This document shows positions 36,599 to 47,666 of a DNA stretch of 64,000 bases, piece by piece. A program made the translations under genes and the position numbers. The notes beneath the pieces were generated by a model. It did not search any database. It was not told the DNA's origin and saw only the letters and a list, made by a program, of their open reading frames with translations. The stretch is from Vairimorpha necatrix. Lineage: Eukaryota. Within the stretch, counting starts at the first letter, position 1. Every line of letters starts with the position of its first letter. The stretch spans positions 62,001 through 126,000 of the forward strand of contig CP142733.1 of assembly GCA_036630325.1 (NCBI GenBank), read 5' to 3'.

Positions 36599-38384
36599 AG
36601 TAATAGGGGATAGTTAAAAATTTATTAAAAACCAAAATCAATAAATTAAACGTTTAACGGTTGGTAATTATTTAAAAGTTTGACATCTGAGACATGCAAA
36701 TCAATGAGATAATATATTGTTTACAAAATACATATTTTAAACAAAAATTTTATTTGATATATTTGACACGTATAGATCAAACAAAGGATCAATAATTTAA
36801 AAAAGAGTAGAGAACATGAAATAGAACAACAAAAAGGAGGATAAGACTGAGAGTAAATTTTTAGGTGGCCGCAAATGATATTTTATAAAACCCAAGAGTC
36901 CAATAATTATGCTTTGTATTAAAAAATTTACATCATGATCTTAGTTTGTAGAAAAGAGATAAAAAATTTGTCATTTAATTGCCCTAAAAACCAAAAATAT
37001 ATCAACCCCGTCAATCATCGAAAGATTACAAACTGTGGTACCGGCACACACACACCCACCCTGTCGAGTAGTGCATTCCTTCGATGTTTTCTATATAAAA
37101 CTCCTATGATTGTGTTTGTGTTTTTTATGCATTTACCTCTATCCCATTTTTACCTTTTTGTCTTCTTCTTTTTCTTACTTATATAAATTATTTTTGAGAA
37201 AATTTTTTTTTCTTATGACAGATTTATTGGCATATATATTTGTGGTGTTTATCATGAGAATTTTCATCACATAATTGATAGAGTAGCATTATTTTAGCTT
37301 TAAGCTCATTATTACACTAGTTTTTTCTTTTCACACGCCATTTCTTCAGCAGCTGCCTTTAAATCCAGTAGGTTATTGCTCTATGCACTGTTCCTTCCTG
37401 ATCGTATTCTCGTCGCTGGACAAACCAAAAAGAATCTAAAGTCTATTTTCAAACGTGAGATAGTTCATAGATTTTATATATATCGTTCTAGCAAAAAAAA
37501 TTTATTAAATTCAATTTTTGACAAGTCAAAAGGCATGTTATATAACTACTGTAAAGTTTAAAACTATGCCGAAAATGAATCATTTAATTTATTAAAATGT
37601 ATTGATCTTCAATTTTGCTCATTTTTTTTTGAAATATTTAACTTAAATTTTATTAAAATTACAATAACAAATACAACAACTATACGCTGAATGTATAATT
37701 ATTCAAAACAAAGATTACAGCCAATAAAGTCAATGGATATGTCTTAACAAAAAAAAATAGAATTTTCATGCAGTATTGTAAAATTTATATACAAGTTTTA
37801 CATAAGCTATAAAAAATTGATATCATATGTACAAGGATTAGTAAAGACCAAGATGAAAAGGCTTGTATGTTTTCAATAGAAATATATCAATTTTTTGAGT
37901 TTTAGCTAACTTTAAACTCTTTTGTGAGTTTTTTGTTGGAACAGACTCATTGCTATAAATATTAATAGATTGTTTGATACTGTTTTAAATGGATACATTG
38001 TGCTAATTGATGCTTCTAAGAATATAGATCATCCTTAGCAAAAAAAATTAGTATTGACCGATAGCTTATTTAAATGAAAGAAAAGTTTCTTATGAATTCT
38101 AACCAGAAGATAGAGTACATACTGTACCTAACTATGAAGATATATAATAAATTAAAGCAATTACTGTCGATAAAAGTAGAAAACAACATCGAGCCTGATA
38201 AAGCAAATTTATAATGTAAAAATATTTTGTAGGCAACAATTTTAAATAACATTATATTTAAACTCCGTAGCTATTTTTGTATGAGTTATGACATAAAATC
38301 TATCTAATAAGACTTCATTGTCTTATATCATTTAAAAAAAGCTGCATGATCAATATATAAAAAGTAGGGGTTCTGCTTATTTTG

Positions 38385-38643
38385 TGTGACGCACGAGCGT
38401 TGATCCTCTAGGATGGCCACTCCCATGCTCTTGATCCACTAAAAAATTTCAACCACGTGCAAGCATCGACCTTTAGGAATTTTCAACCCGTCAGGCGTTG
38501 ACCTACCAAGGACTACCACGTGCAAGCATTGACTACCAGAGTTTTCCTTACGGAAGGCCCTGACAAAACAATATCTCAGTTAGATAAACTAACGCCCCAA
38601 ACGGGACTTGAATCCTATGGGCAAGCGCTGGAAATTCGTTTCA
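38385..38643. repeat. GC-rich island with ~5 degenerate 28-35-bp repeats; possible solo LTR or transposon end
   Basis: ACCACGTGCAAGCATYGAC twice plus GCGTTGAYC variants. Confidence 0.4.
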
Positions 38644-40529
38644 TACACCTATACTATGACATACTAAAAAACCAAGTCTTTCTGCAAACGAAATAGTTTC
38701 ATGCTGCCATTTGATGGTTAAAATGATTCCTTTTAATCCATTTAAAAATGATTTTCTTCCGAAAAATGCTGTAGATGACGTAAATAAAGTATTAATTTTA
38801 CAAATTAGGTATATATAGTTAATTAATAAAAGCAATAAAACCGACTAAAAAAGCATGCAGGTTCCTTTTTATTGGCTGTACGCTATATTTAAGGGGCGAG
38901 GCTAATATAACCACCTCTGGGGGTTCATAGTGAACAGCTTGAATCCATAGAAGTTGAATGTAGTGCTTTTCACCAGCTTCATCACAGGTCATTAAAAGAT
39001 TTAAAGCATCATGCGATAGGTATTTTGAAAATCCTTAGAAACATCATGAGAAAAGTCGTCTCCGAATGCATTGCATATGAATAATCGCAACGTTATAAAA
39101 TAAAAACGCCAATCCATATTACTGCCACTTACTGATGGAACGAATTATGATCGAATTAATTGGTATGTCGCGATATAAAAGGTTTTACGATGGTATTGTT
39201 GAATTTTAACTTAATTATGTACATTCTATGTTTGACAAGGTCTTTTCAAAAAAAAGTAAAGCGGGAGAAGAGGCTAGAAAAAACAAAAATTTTTATTTTG
39301 CAATATGACTAGTCCCCCCCCCCAAGATCCTTCAAAGCGACAATATAAAAAAATTTTAAAATTCTTACATAAAGAAACTTTGTGCAGACTTTTTATTGTT
39401 TAAAAACATAGTAGACTGCGTCATCTACAGGGAACAGCCAAAAGAAAGAGTTAACCAAACTTTAATCAGAACAAATCAAAAACATTTATTTTCCGAAGTT
39501 TTGCTAGCCATTGAAAAATTTAGAAATGAAGATAAAAGAATGGGCGAAATGCCTTAAAAGTCTTTTACAGCTATAATTATCAAAAAAAAGTGCGACAAAC
39601 CAGGTCCTATTAACTGATTCTTAAAATACCTTGATTTAATTCTGTTTTTACGCAGAGTGTGGACGAAACTATAAATGATAGCATAAAAAAATTGAAATAA
39701 TACTTGAAAATAAAATTTAAGGACTGTGTAGATTAGTTTTTTTTTTTGAAAAAACTCAAACATGTCCTGTTGATAAAAATTTCCTCACTAGAATGAATCG
39801 TCATATGTTAATCCATATCTAAAAATATGGCTTTTAAATTGGTGACAGGGTTATTGTAGCTAAAGACTTTGATTTTTTATAAAAACGAAAACACTAAATT
39901 ATCAACCCTTTTTTCCTAAATAGTTACGATTGCAGAAATTCTCTTAAACAACAGAGCGAAATGTGAAACTGGTGAAGGGGCACAAATTTTGTTTCATGTT
40001 AAGGTAAAACTCTGAAATTAAACAATATATTTCAAAAATTTATCTGTGTCCTTTTTAATTCTTATTTTGTAAACTTTTGAAGGGGTTCAACGCCCGCGCA
40101 CCACATTTTGTAACACACATCGATATAAAAACTTATAATAATAAAGTATAATTAAAATGTCAAAGTAATAATTAAATGTAAACATATTGATTAACTATGC
40201 TAATAGATAAATATAAACATGTAAATTATACAACAAGAGTTTTTGAAAAATATAAATCAATGAGTGTTGAATCTTTACATTTTATAAATTTAAAAATTTT
40301 ACGTTAATTTACTATTTTATGTTTTCATATTATGTATAGTAAAAAAAAGTAAAATCAATACCTATTAGATTTAGTTAATATCATTTGTATTTTTCAAGTA
40401 TTGAAAATTAATTTCGACTGTATAGGTAAGACAACCCAAAAACTTTTTGTAAGTTGAATATTATCAACATTCGACAAGCAAAATAAAAAATAAACAATAT
40501 TTATAAAGTTTTTACAATGGAATATACCT

Positions 40530-41951
40530 TTATTTTGTACTTGTTCTCTTCACTGCCATACTACTTAGATACTTCTCTCTCTCTTCTTCGTTATTCCATA
40601 ATTGCTCATAACTCTTGTTCTTAATCTTATTCATAGGTCTTATTTTCCCTGTTATAGGCCTATCTTTGTATCCTCGATCCATTAAACCACAGATACTCCA
40701 CATGATCTCCAAATATCCATATGGGACATTCCCATCCACAGAATACTTATCATTAAACTCCATGGCCATTTTTATAGCCTCTTCGGGCGTCTTAGTCCAT
40801 TTTACTAATTGTTTCGCCCAATACATTCTTACATGTCTCTGTATCTTATTTGCTGTAATCAATTGAATTTGTGCAGCATTCCAAAGCGAATCCTCTGTCT
40901 TCCCTTCTTCTAATTCTTTTTTACTATACAATTTTTCTCTTTTATCCTTAGTATGATCTTTAAGACTATTCCTCGCCCATTCTAATGCTCCTTGTATATT
41001 ATCATAATCTTTGATATGTAGACAGACGTGTTCAGATGTTTCTTTCCATATAAATATCTCGGCAATAAACCCTTCAAGATTGCCTTTATCTTTTTTATAA
41101 AATTTTTCATATGCCATTTTGATAATTTTATGTGTGCTTAATATGCCTAAAAGCAAATACGGAGAAATATTACTTAATCCATCAACATCTGGATTATTAC
41201 GATCTTTATTATACATATAAAATTTTTTGTCAAAAAAATCTTCTAATACTTTCATGCCTGCTTTGTGTCCTCCTTGATAATATTTTGATTTTTCGTAATT
41301 AGGCAATTTGCACATATTTTTTTCAACTTTCTTTTTATTATTAAATTTATGAGACTGTAATTTTTCCCATACATCGACTATAAATTTCATATTATCGTCT
41401 ATAAAATTTTTATCTTGTACCGTTTTTTCTATTTCTATGTTGTCATATTCATCTAAATATTCGAAAAAAAACTTATAAAGTTGTATTTTTACTGAACTAC
41501 TAGTGCGCTTGTAAGTAGACAATAATTTACATGGTACGACATTGTGGCTATCGATCAAAACACAAAAAAAATTATTATTTTTCGATAGATCAGTAATTTG
41601 TTTATAAAATTTAGTATATTCTCGTAAAGGAGAGTAATCAAGTATTATGTTCTTGATTTTATTAGTAGTTATAAATTCTTCTATATTTTCTAATATATTA
41701 AAATATAAATTATATTTTTTACTATCAGAAGTAAGTTCCTCGATGTTTTCCAATATGAGGCTGTACTGAATTTCGTTATATTTGAGGTGTTTTAATGGAA
41801 TACCTATAAAAAATTCGGATTTGTAATGGTATGATAAATTGTATCCGTATTGTATACAGTGATTATTGTATAATCTTTGATCTCTCATAGAAATATATAA
41901 TACATTACCTTTTTTAGGAGAACCAGTTAGTACTTCAAGTCTGTTTTTCAT
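40530..41951 (-). CDS. Class II photolyase paralog with altered cofactor-pocket motifs
   Basis: Same length (473 aa) and highly similar to 35177..36598, but carries SPYLLLG, WKE, QRHVRMYWAK, DGNVPYGYLE. Confidence 0.9.
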   Translation of the reverse strand: MKNRLEVLTGSPKKGNVLYISMRDQRLYNNHCIQYGYNLSYHYKSEFFIGIPLKHLKYNEIQYSLILENIEELTSDSKKYNLYFNILENIEEFITTNKIKNIILDYSPLREYTKFYKQITDLSKNNNFFCVLIDSHNVVPCKLLSTYKRTSSSVKIQLYKFFFEYLDEYDNIEIEKTVQDKNFIDDNMKFIVDVWEKLQSHKFNNKKKVEKNMCKLPNYEKSKYYQGGHKAGMKVLEDFFDKKFYMYNKDRNNPDVDGLSNISPYLLLGILSTHKIIKMAYEKFYKKDKGNLEGFIAEIFIWKETSEHVCLHIKDYDNIQGALEWARNSLKDHTKDKREKLYSKKELEEGKTEDSLWNAAQIQLITANKIQRHVRMYWAKQLVKWTKTPEEAIKMAMEFNDKYSVDGNVPYGYLEIMWSICGLMDRGYKDRPITGKIRPMNKIKNKSYEQLWNNEEEREKYLSSMAVKRTSTK

Positions 41952-42394
41952 AGTATAAAGGGATAGTTAAAAATTTATTAAAAACCCAAATCAATAAATT
42001 AAAAATTTTAACGGTCAAAAATCTTAAAAAAGTTTGACATCTGCGACATGCAAGCCCACGAAAAAATCCATTGTTTACTGAATACGTATTATACAGAAAT
42101 TTTTATTTGATATATTTGACATAATGGCTTAAACAAATAAGCAATTAAATAAAATTAATGTACAGAACATGATAATAAAAAAAAATGATGACTGAAACAG
42201 TAGAAAAATGGATAATAAGCAATGTAATATGACTTTACAGTACAAGAAGACAGGAAACTTTTAAGGAAGAAAAAAAACATGAGATTCACGAGAAAACAAA
42301 CCCGTGCAATTTTTTTAAGATACAATATATAATTATATTTTCGAAAATTAATACATAAGTTTGTTTCTTAAATTTCTTTTCACCCCACCAAATT

Positions 42395-42619
42395 ATGAGA
42401 AGATTACAAACATATAGAAGATTTCCATTAAATATTTACTACCGATTCTCCACAGAACTGGGATTTGCTCTCCTAACCAGAAAAGAGAAATTTTTTATAT
42501 ATTTGTATTTAATCCTCTTATTTCATTCCTTGGCCCGAACTGTCTGTAATTTCTTCATCTATGTCAAAAATGTAAATTTCAACGACATCAAAGAATATTT
42601 TTTAAACTTTACGAAATAA
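42395..42619 (+). CDS. Small membrane protein resembling the serine palmitoyltransferase small subunit (ssSPT)
   Basis: CCCC upstream; YYRFSTELGFALLTRKEKFFIYLYLILLF fits the YY.Y....g.y.L...E+..f + TM pattern. Confidence 0.55.
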   Translation: MRRLQTYRRFPLNIYYRFSTELGFALLTRKEKFFIYLYLILLFHSLARTVCNFFIYVKNVNFNDIKEYFLNFTK

Positions 42620-42646
42620 AAAAATAATAAAATATTACCCTTTAAA

Positions 42647-43570
42647 ATGAGCATTTTATGGACAGAAAAATACAGACCAAAAGACATTTCTACTTTTGAG
42701 TCTGTTCCACACATTAAAAAATTTCTTAATTTATCAAAAAATAACGACTTTCCAAATTTATTATTATTTGGTCCACCCGGCACCGGCAAGACTACTTTCG
42801 CTCATTTACTGGCTTCAGAAAACAAGTTAGAATTAAATGCTTCTGATGAACGAGGTATAAATGTCATCAGAGAAAAAATCAAGTCTTACGCGTCTACTTT
42901 GAAAAAAAATAAAACAATAATTTTAGATGAATGCGAAAACTTAACAGAAGATGCGCAACATTGTTTACGTCGTATAATAGAAGATAGTAAGAATACTAGA
43001 TTTATTTTTACAACTAATTATCTTTCTAAAGTCATTTCGCCTTTAAAAAGTAGGTTGGTAAAATTAAAATTTACGCTAAAAAATAATACGACTCTTTGTA
43101 AAATAGGTGAGGCCGAAAATATGAAATTTAGTAGTGAGTTTTACAAAGATTTGTTTATAAAATGTAATAATGATCTCAGGAGATCCATAAATGTATTACA
43201 GGCTATTTATCCGTTAAGAAATAATGTATTAAAAGATGAAGAAGTAGAAGATATAGATAGTATAGATATGAGAAATGGAGATAAGTTTATAGTAGATGAT
43301 ATTATAGGAGTAGTGCCTATTAATCAGTTAGTTAAATTTAGAAATATTAGTAAAGAGAGTTATATTGATTTTGTAAAAAAATTTTTATTTGAAGGATTTT
43401 CAGTTATTCAATTTATTCACCAATTAGCAGATTATGAAATATTTAGAGAAGAAAAAGAAAAGGCAAAATTTTTTCTTCTTTTGGCTGAAATGGAAGAGAA
43501 GTTAATTTTGGGATGTAGTGATGAGACAGTATTGACTAAAATGTGTTTATATAAAATTTCATTACAATAA
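42647..43570 (+). CDS. Replication factor C small subunit
   Basis: WTEKYRP, GPPGTGKT, ELNASDERGI.VIREKIK, IILDE, AQ..LRR.IE. Confidence 0.93.
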   Translation: MSILWTEKYRPKDISTFESVPHIKKFLNLSKNNDFPNLLLFGPPGTGKTTFAHLLASENKLELNASDERGINVIREKIKSYASTLKKNKTIILDECENLTEDAQHCLRRIIEDSKNTRFIFTTNYLSKVISPLKSRLVKLKFTLKNNTTLCKIGEAENMKFSSEFYKDLFIKCNNDLRRSINVLQAIYPLRNNVLKDEEVEDIDSIDMRNGDKFIVDDIIGVVPINQLVKFRNISKESYIDFVKKFLFEGFSVIQFIHQLADYEIFREEKEKAKFFLLLAEMEEKLILGCSDETVLTKMCLYKISLQ

Positions 43571-43772
43571 ATATAATTAAAACAATAAATTTATTGATTT
43601 TTTAAATAATAAAATGCATTCTTTATTACAACAAAATTTGAAAAAACTCGCGTTAGTCTTATAACATTCCCCCCATTTTGAATTTTAATAATTAGACAAG
43701 TAAAACAGCTACAAAAAAATTAAGTCCGAATTAATTAGCTTCAATATTGCCATATTATCATTAATTTGAATT

Positions 43773-44192
43773 TTATCTCTTTTTTTTTATCATATTTTCT
43801 AATCTTCTGTAATAAGCCCATTTAGCCAAATAATCATCTTTCTGGTAATTATTTCTACATTCTTCTATTTTGTGCCTAATAATCTCACTCAATTCTTCTA
43901 AACTATCTCCCTCTGCCTCTCTAATCTGATCTTCTAAATCCAAAATATCAATGAGAAATGTCTTACTAACTTCTCCTGTTGTTTTTCCTTTCATATACTT
44001 GGCTCTTAAATAATCATCTTTTAACGTATTGTAAGCATTATTGATTTCTTGAAATTTATTCGTGGAATATTTTGATAAATCGGGATGGTGTTTTTTACTA
44101 AGATCGTAAAATTTAGTCTTTAAATCAGTTAAATTAATATCAAATGTCTTTGACAAATTAAAAACCGAAAAGTAATCTTTCGATGGTAACAT
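43773..44192 (-). CDS. JAC1: Fe-S cluster co-chaperone JAC1/HscB
   Basis: DYF..F.L...FDI...L, HPD, INNAY.TLKD...RA.Y, C-terminal YY.RL. Confidence 0.85.
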   Translation of the reverse strand: MLPSKDYFSVFNLSKTFDINLTDLKTKFYDLSKKHHPDLSKYSTNKFQEINNAYNTLKDDYLRAKYMKGKTTGEVSKTFLIDILDLEDQIREAEGDSLEELSEIIRHKIEECRNNYQKDDYLAKWAYYRRLENMIKKKR

Positions 44193-44232
44193 TTTTAGGG
44201 ATTAAAAAAAAAATATTTTTTTTTTGCCCTAT

Positions 44233-45936
44233 ATGAATAAGAAAAAAGAAAATACTAAAAAATCAATATTTAATGTAGAGAAAAAAGAAAATACTAGAAA
44301 ATCGATATTTAGTGTAGAGTCAAATGATAATAAGAAAAAACCAATATTTGAAAAAACAGATACCAAGAAAAAACCAACATCTGAAAAAACAGATACCAAG
44401 AAAAAAATAATATCTGAAAAAACAGATGCTAAGAAAGAAAATACTAGCGACGCAGAGAAAAATAATAAAGTAGCAAATGAAACAGAAAAAATAGATAAGA
44501 ATAAAGTAAAAAGGAACAACAAGATAGTAAAAAAACAAAAAAGAAATGAAGACATAAAAAATGGAATAAAAAAGCCAAAAATAACGGACAATGAAAAAAA
44601 CAAAACAATCTTGAACAACGCTAAAACTGAAACAACTACAGGCAAAGTTAAAACTGAAAAAAATAAAGCAACAGCGGACAAAGTTAAAACTGAAAAAAGT
44701 AAAGCAAACACGGGCAACGCCAAAAGAGCAAAAAATCAAAAATTCGAAAAAACAATGGAAAAAGATAAAACTAATAAAAATAAATTAATAACGGACAAAA
44801 AACAAGAAACTTGTGGAGTAAAACTTACAAAACTAGAAACAGAAATTTTACACAAAGGTACTATAAAAGATAAAATTAATTTGCTTACTCTAATTTGTAG
44901 TAAAAATCCATCAGATTTTAATTATAAAAACTTAATGTTTTACACAGAAAACCAGAGAAATGATGTCATTTATTTGACTCTGAAAAATATTAAAGATCTT
45001 TTGATTTCTAAAGGAGTCCCCGAAAATATTTATATAAAACAGAAAATAACTAAATGTCTAGAAATAAATGTAAAGAATACATTTATAAAGACAAAAGTCT
45101 TACGATTAATTTACGAATTACTAAAAAATAATATTTTATTTGTAGAACTAATTTATTCGTTTATAAACAAAATTGGAGATAAAAAAGATATAGAAACTTA
45201 TGTAAGAGAGAATCTTATGTCTTTATACAATATCAACGAAGAAGTTATTCTTTACAATGTAGAAGATTTTATATTTAAAAATATGAATTTTAAATGTATA
45301 AATTCAATACTAAAATTTTTAGGATCTGTAACACCATCAGATAAAAATAAAATAATAGATTTGTATAAATCGATACTAGACAATTTACACGAATTTAAAG
45401 ATGAACAGAAGAATATTATAACAGAAAATTGTCTAGAACAACTTAGCAGTGTTTTGGAATTAATTGACGAACCAAAAATATTTATGGACAAAAATCTTGA
45501 AAATATACTTAGAAACAACTGGTCAACCGACAAGGCAGCTTTTTCAAGTGTAAAAATTTTATTCTTGTGCCAGAGCGAACTTTTAAAAACTTTTATAATC
45601 AAGTTACTAAAAAATTTATATTTTTATAAATCAAAAGACATAAAAGTAATATACCAGTACATTGTAAAAATATTTGACCACGACAAAGATACATCATTTA
45701 TTAAGGAAATATTTAATAGTGCCATATTTTATAAAAAAGATTTCTTAATTGGCATGTTATCAATTTTGATAAAAAACAAAATAGGCGATATTTATTCATT
45801 GGAAATAATAGAAAATCATTACTCGGTCATAGTAAGAAAAATGGTTAAAACAATTTTAAATAAAGAATACGAAATAATACAATTGGATCCATTTGACAAT
45901 ATACAAATAGAAGCATACGAAGAAATTTTTAAATAA
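44233..45936 (+). CDS. MAK21/NOC1/CEBPZ-like ribosome biogenesis protein
   Basis: Lys-rich N-terminus then GTIKDKINLLTL (cf. GT..DKI.ALTL); CCC before the ATG at 44233. Confidence 0.55.
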   Translation: MNKKKENTKKSIFNVEKKENTRKSIFSVESNDNKKKPIFEKTDTKKKPTSEKTDTKKKIISEKTDAKKENTSDAEKNNKVANETEKIDKNKVKRNNKIVKKQKRNEDIKNGIKKPKITDNEKNKTILNNAKTETTTGKVKTEKNKATADKVKTEKSKANTGNAKRAKNQKFEKTMEKDKTNKNKLITDKKQETCGVKLTKLETEILHKGTIKDKINLLTLICSKNPSDFNYKNLMFYTENQRNDVIYLTLKNIKDLLISKGVPENIYIKQKITKCLEINVKNTFIKTKVLRLIYELLKNNILFVELIYSFINKIGDKKDIETYVRENLMSLYNINEEVILYNVEDFIFKNMNFKCINSILKFLGSVTPSDKNKIIDLYKSILDNLHEFKDEQKNIITENCLEQLSSVLELIDEPKIFMDKNLENILRNNWSTDKAAFSSVKILFLCQSELLKTFIIKLLKNLYFYKSKDIKVIYQYIVKIFDHDKDTSFIKEIFNSAIFYKKDFLIGMLSILIKNKIGDIYSLEIIENHYSVIVRKMVKTILNKEYEIIQLDPFDNIQIEAYEEIFK

Positions 45937-45945
45937 ATATTTATT

Positions 45946-47424
45946 TTACCATGCACCCAACTCTTCATCTTCAGAATTAGCTTTATCGTCTTTGATATTT
46001 AGATTTGTAATCATAGAACTTATAAAATCTTCATCATTTTTGAAATTGACATCTTGTCTTTTTGGTGCTTCTGCATTTCTTTGTTTTGGTTTGTTATTAC
46101 TTTTTTTATTTTTTTCATCTGATCGATTTTTCACAATTTTAAAATTTTTTTGGTTTTTTTTATAACTTTTGTCTACTAAAAATTCTGGGACTTTTTGATC
46201 CGTGTCTTTTAAGACTTTTATCAATTCTCCAGAAATATTGTAATCGGTATTTTCGTCATAAAAAGAAATAGATTTACCTACTTCCCCTGCACGACCAGTT
46301 CTTCCAATTCGATGTATGTATTCATCTATCGTCCTAGGTAGATCATAATTTATAACTAATTTGATATCTTTAATATCAATTCCTCTAGCGGCAACGCTTG
46401 TCGCAATCAAAATTGGAGATGAAGAAGATTTAAATTTTTTTAAAGCTTCATTTCTTTCAAATTGGTTTTTATCTCCGTGTAAAGTGACTGAACTAAATCC
46501 CAAAGGACTTAAATCATTGGCCAATTTGAGACAATCAAATTTTCGTTCTACGAAAATTATGACTTTTTCTACTTGAAGTGACTCTCTCCAGTTACTTACA
46601 AAAGATAGACCTTTTAATTCTCTGCAAATTTTATCTAATCTGTTAAATTTATTATAAATTTCTTGTTTTACGTTGGTTTTTAATTCGAACTCTGCGTCTA
46701 TACAAGTTCTGTCTTTTTTTATTATTATATCAAAAATACTCTGAATTTCCATTGGATAAGTAGCAGAAAACATGCAAGTTTGCACATCTTTAGTTATAAA
46801 ACTTTTTATAGTATCAATTTGACTTTTAAAAGTACTGTCATACAACCTATCTGCCTCATCAAAAACTATAATTTCCAATTTATTAAAATTCAATAATTTT
46901 TTCGTCAAATTGTCAATTAATCTCCCTGGCGTGGCTATCAAGATATTCGCCTTATTCAAATCATCCATGTCTCTTTTTTGCCCGTAAATTGCCGATACAA
47001 TTATTGACTGGTTACTTAATTTAGGCCTATAATAAAAATCATTTGCTTCTGGAGATTTGGTTACTAAGATTTTAGAAGTTAATTCTCTACAGACTTCTTT
47101 AATCTGTTCACACAGTTCTCTAACTGGACAAATTATCACAGCTTTACTATCTGGATTTTTTATTATTTTTGATATTATTGGTATAATATAACAAAGAGTT
47201 TTACCAGATCCAGTAGGAGCTTTACAAATGAGATCTCCTCCTTCTAATATTACTGGTATAGTGTATTGTTGAATTATATTAAAATTTTCAAATTTTAATT
47301 TAATATTATTTGATAACGTTTTGTTAAATTTTGATGTATCTGCTATTGGAACTATTTTCTTTGTAGCACTTAGTTTTACATTTTCTAATGTTATTTCAAT
47401 TTCTTTTTTTTCATTTGTAAACAT
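45946..47424 (-). CDS. DEAD-box RNA helicase (DED1/Vasa-like)
   Basis: APTGSGKT, P.REL, TPGRL, DEAD, SAT, ARGID, HRIGRTGR; acidic C-terminus ending in W. Confidence 0.92.
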   Translation of the reverse strand: MFTNEKKEIEITLENVKLSATKKIVPIADTSKFNKTLSNNIKLKFENFNIIQQYTIPVILEGGDLICKAPTGSGKTLCYIIPIISKIIKNPDSKAVIICPVRELCEQIKEVCRELTSKILVTKSPEANDFYYRPKLSNQSIIVSAIYGQKRDMDDLNKANILIATPGRLIDNLTKKLLNFNKLEIIVFDEADRLYDSTFKSQIDTIKSFITKDVQTCMFSATYPMEIQSIFDIIIKKDRTCIDAEFELKTNVKQEIYNKFNRLDKICRELKGLSFVSNWRESLQVEKVIIFVERKFDCLKLANDLSPLGFSSVTLHGDKNQFERNEALKKFKSSSSPILIATSVAARGIDIKDIKLVINYDLPRTIDEYIHRIGRTGRAGEVGKSISFYDENTDYNISGELIKVLKDTDQKVPEFLVDKSYKKNQKNFKIVKNRSDEKNKKSNNKPKQRNAEAPKRQDVNFKNDEDFISSMITNLNIKDDKANSEDEELGAW

Positions 47425-47477
47425 GGGTTAAAATTTTCATTGAAAAAAAAATGAAATTTTTTTTAAAAAGTATAATA

Positions 47478-47650
47478 TTTATTTTTTTTATTTTTTCTAG
47501 GCAAGCTGTGCTACAAAAAACTAACCCAGTAAACTATTTATTTTTTCGGGACAATTTGTGCTACAAATATCTAAACTAAATAAAAATTAATTCAAAACTA
47601 TTTATTTTTTTATTTTTTCGGGACAATTTGTGCTACAAATATCTAAAATT
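47478..47650. repeat. Degenerate tandem repeat (TTATTTTTTCGGGACAATTTGTGCTACAAATATCTAAA, 2 copies plus 1 diverged)
   Basis: Seen directly between SDA1 and the helicase start. Confidence 0.75.
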
Positions 47651-47666
47651 AATAAAAATTAACCAT

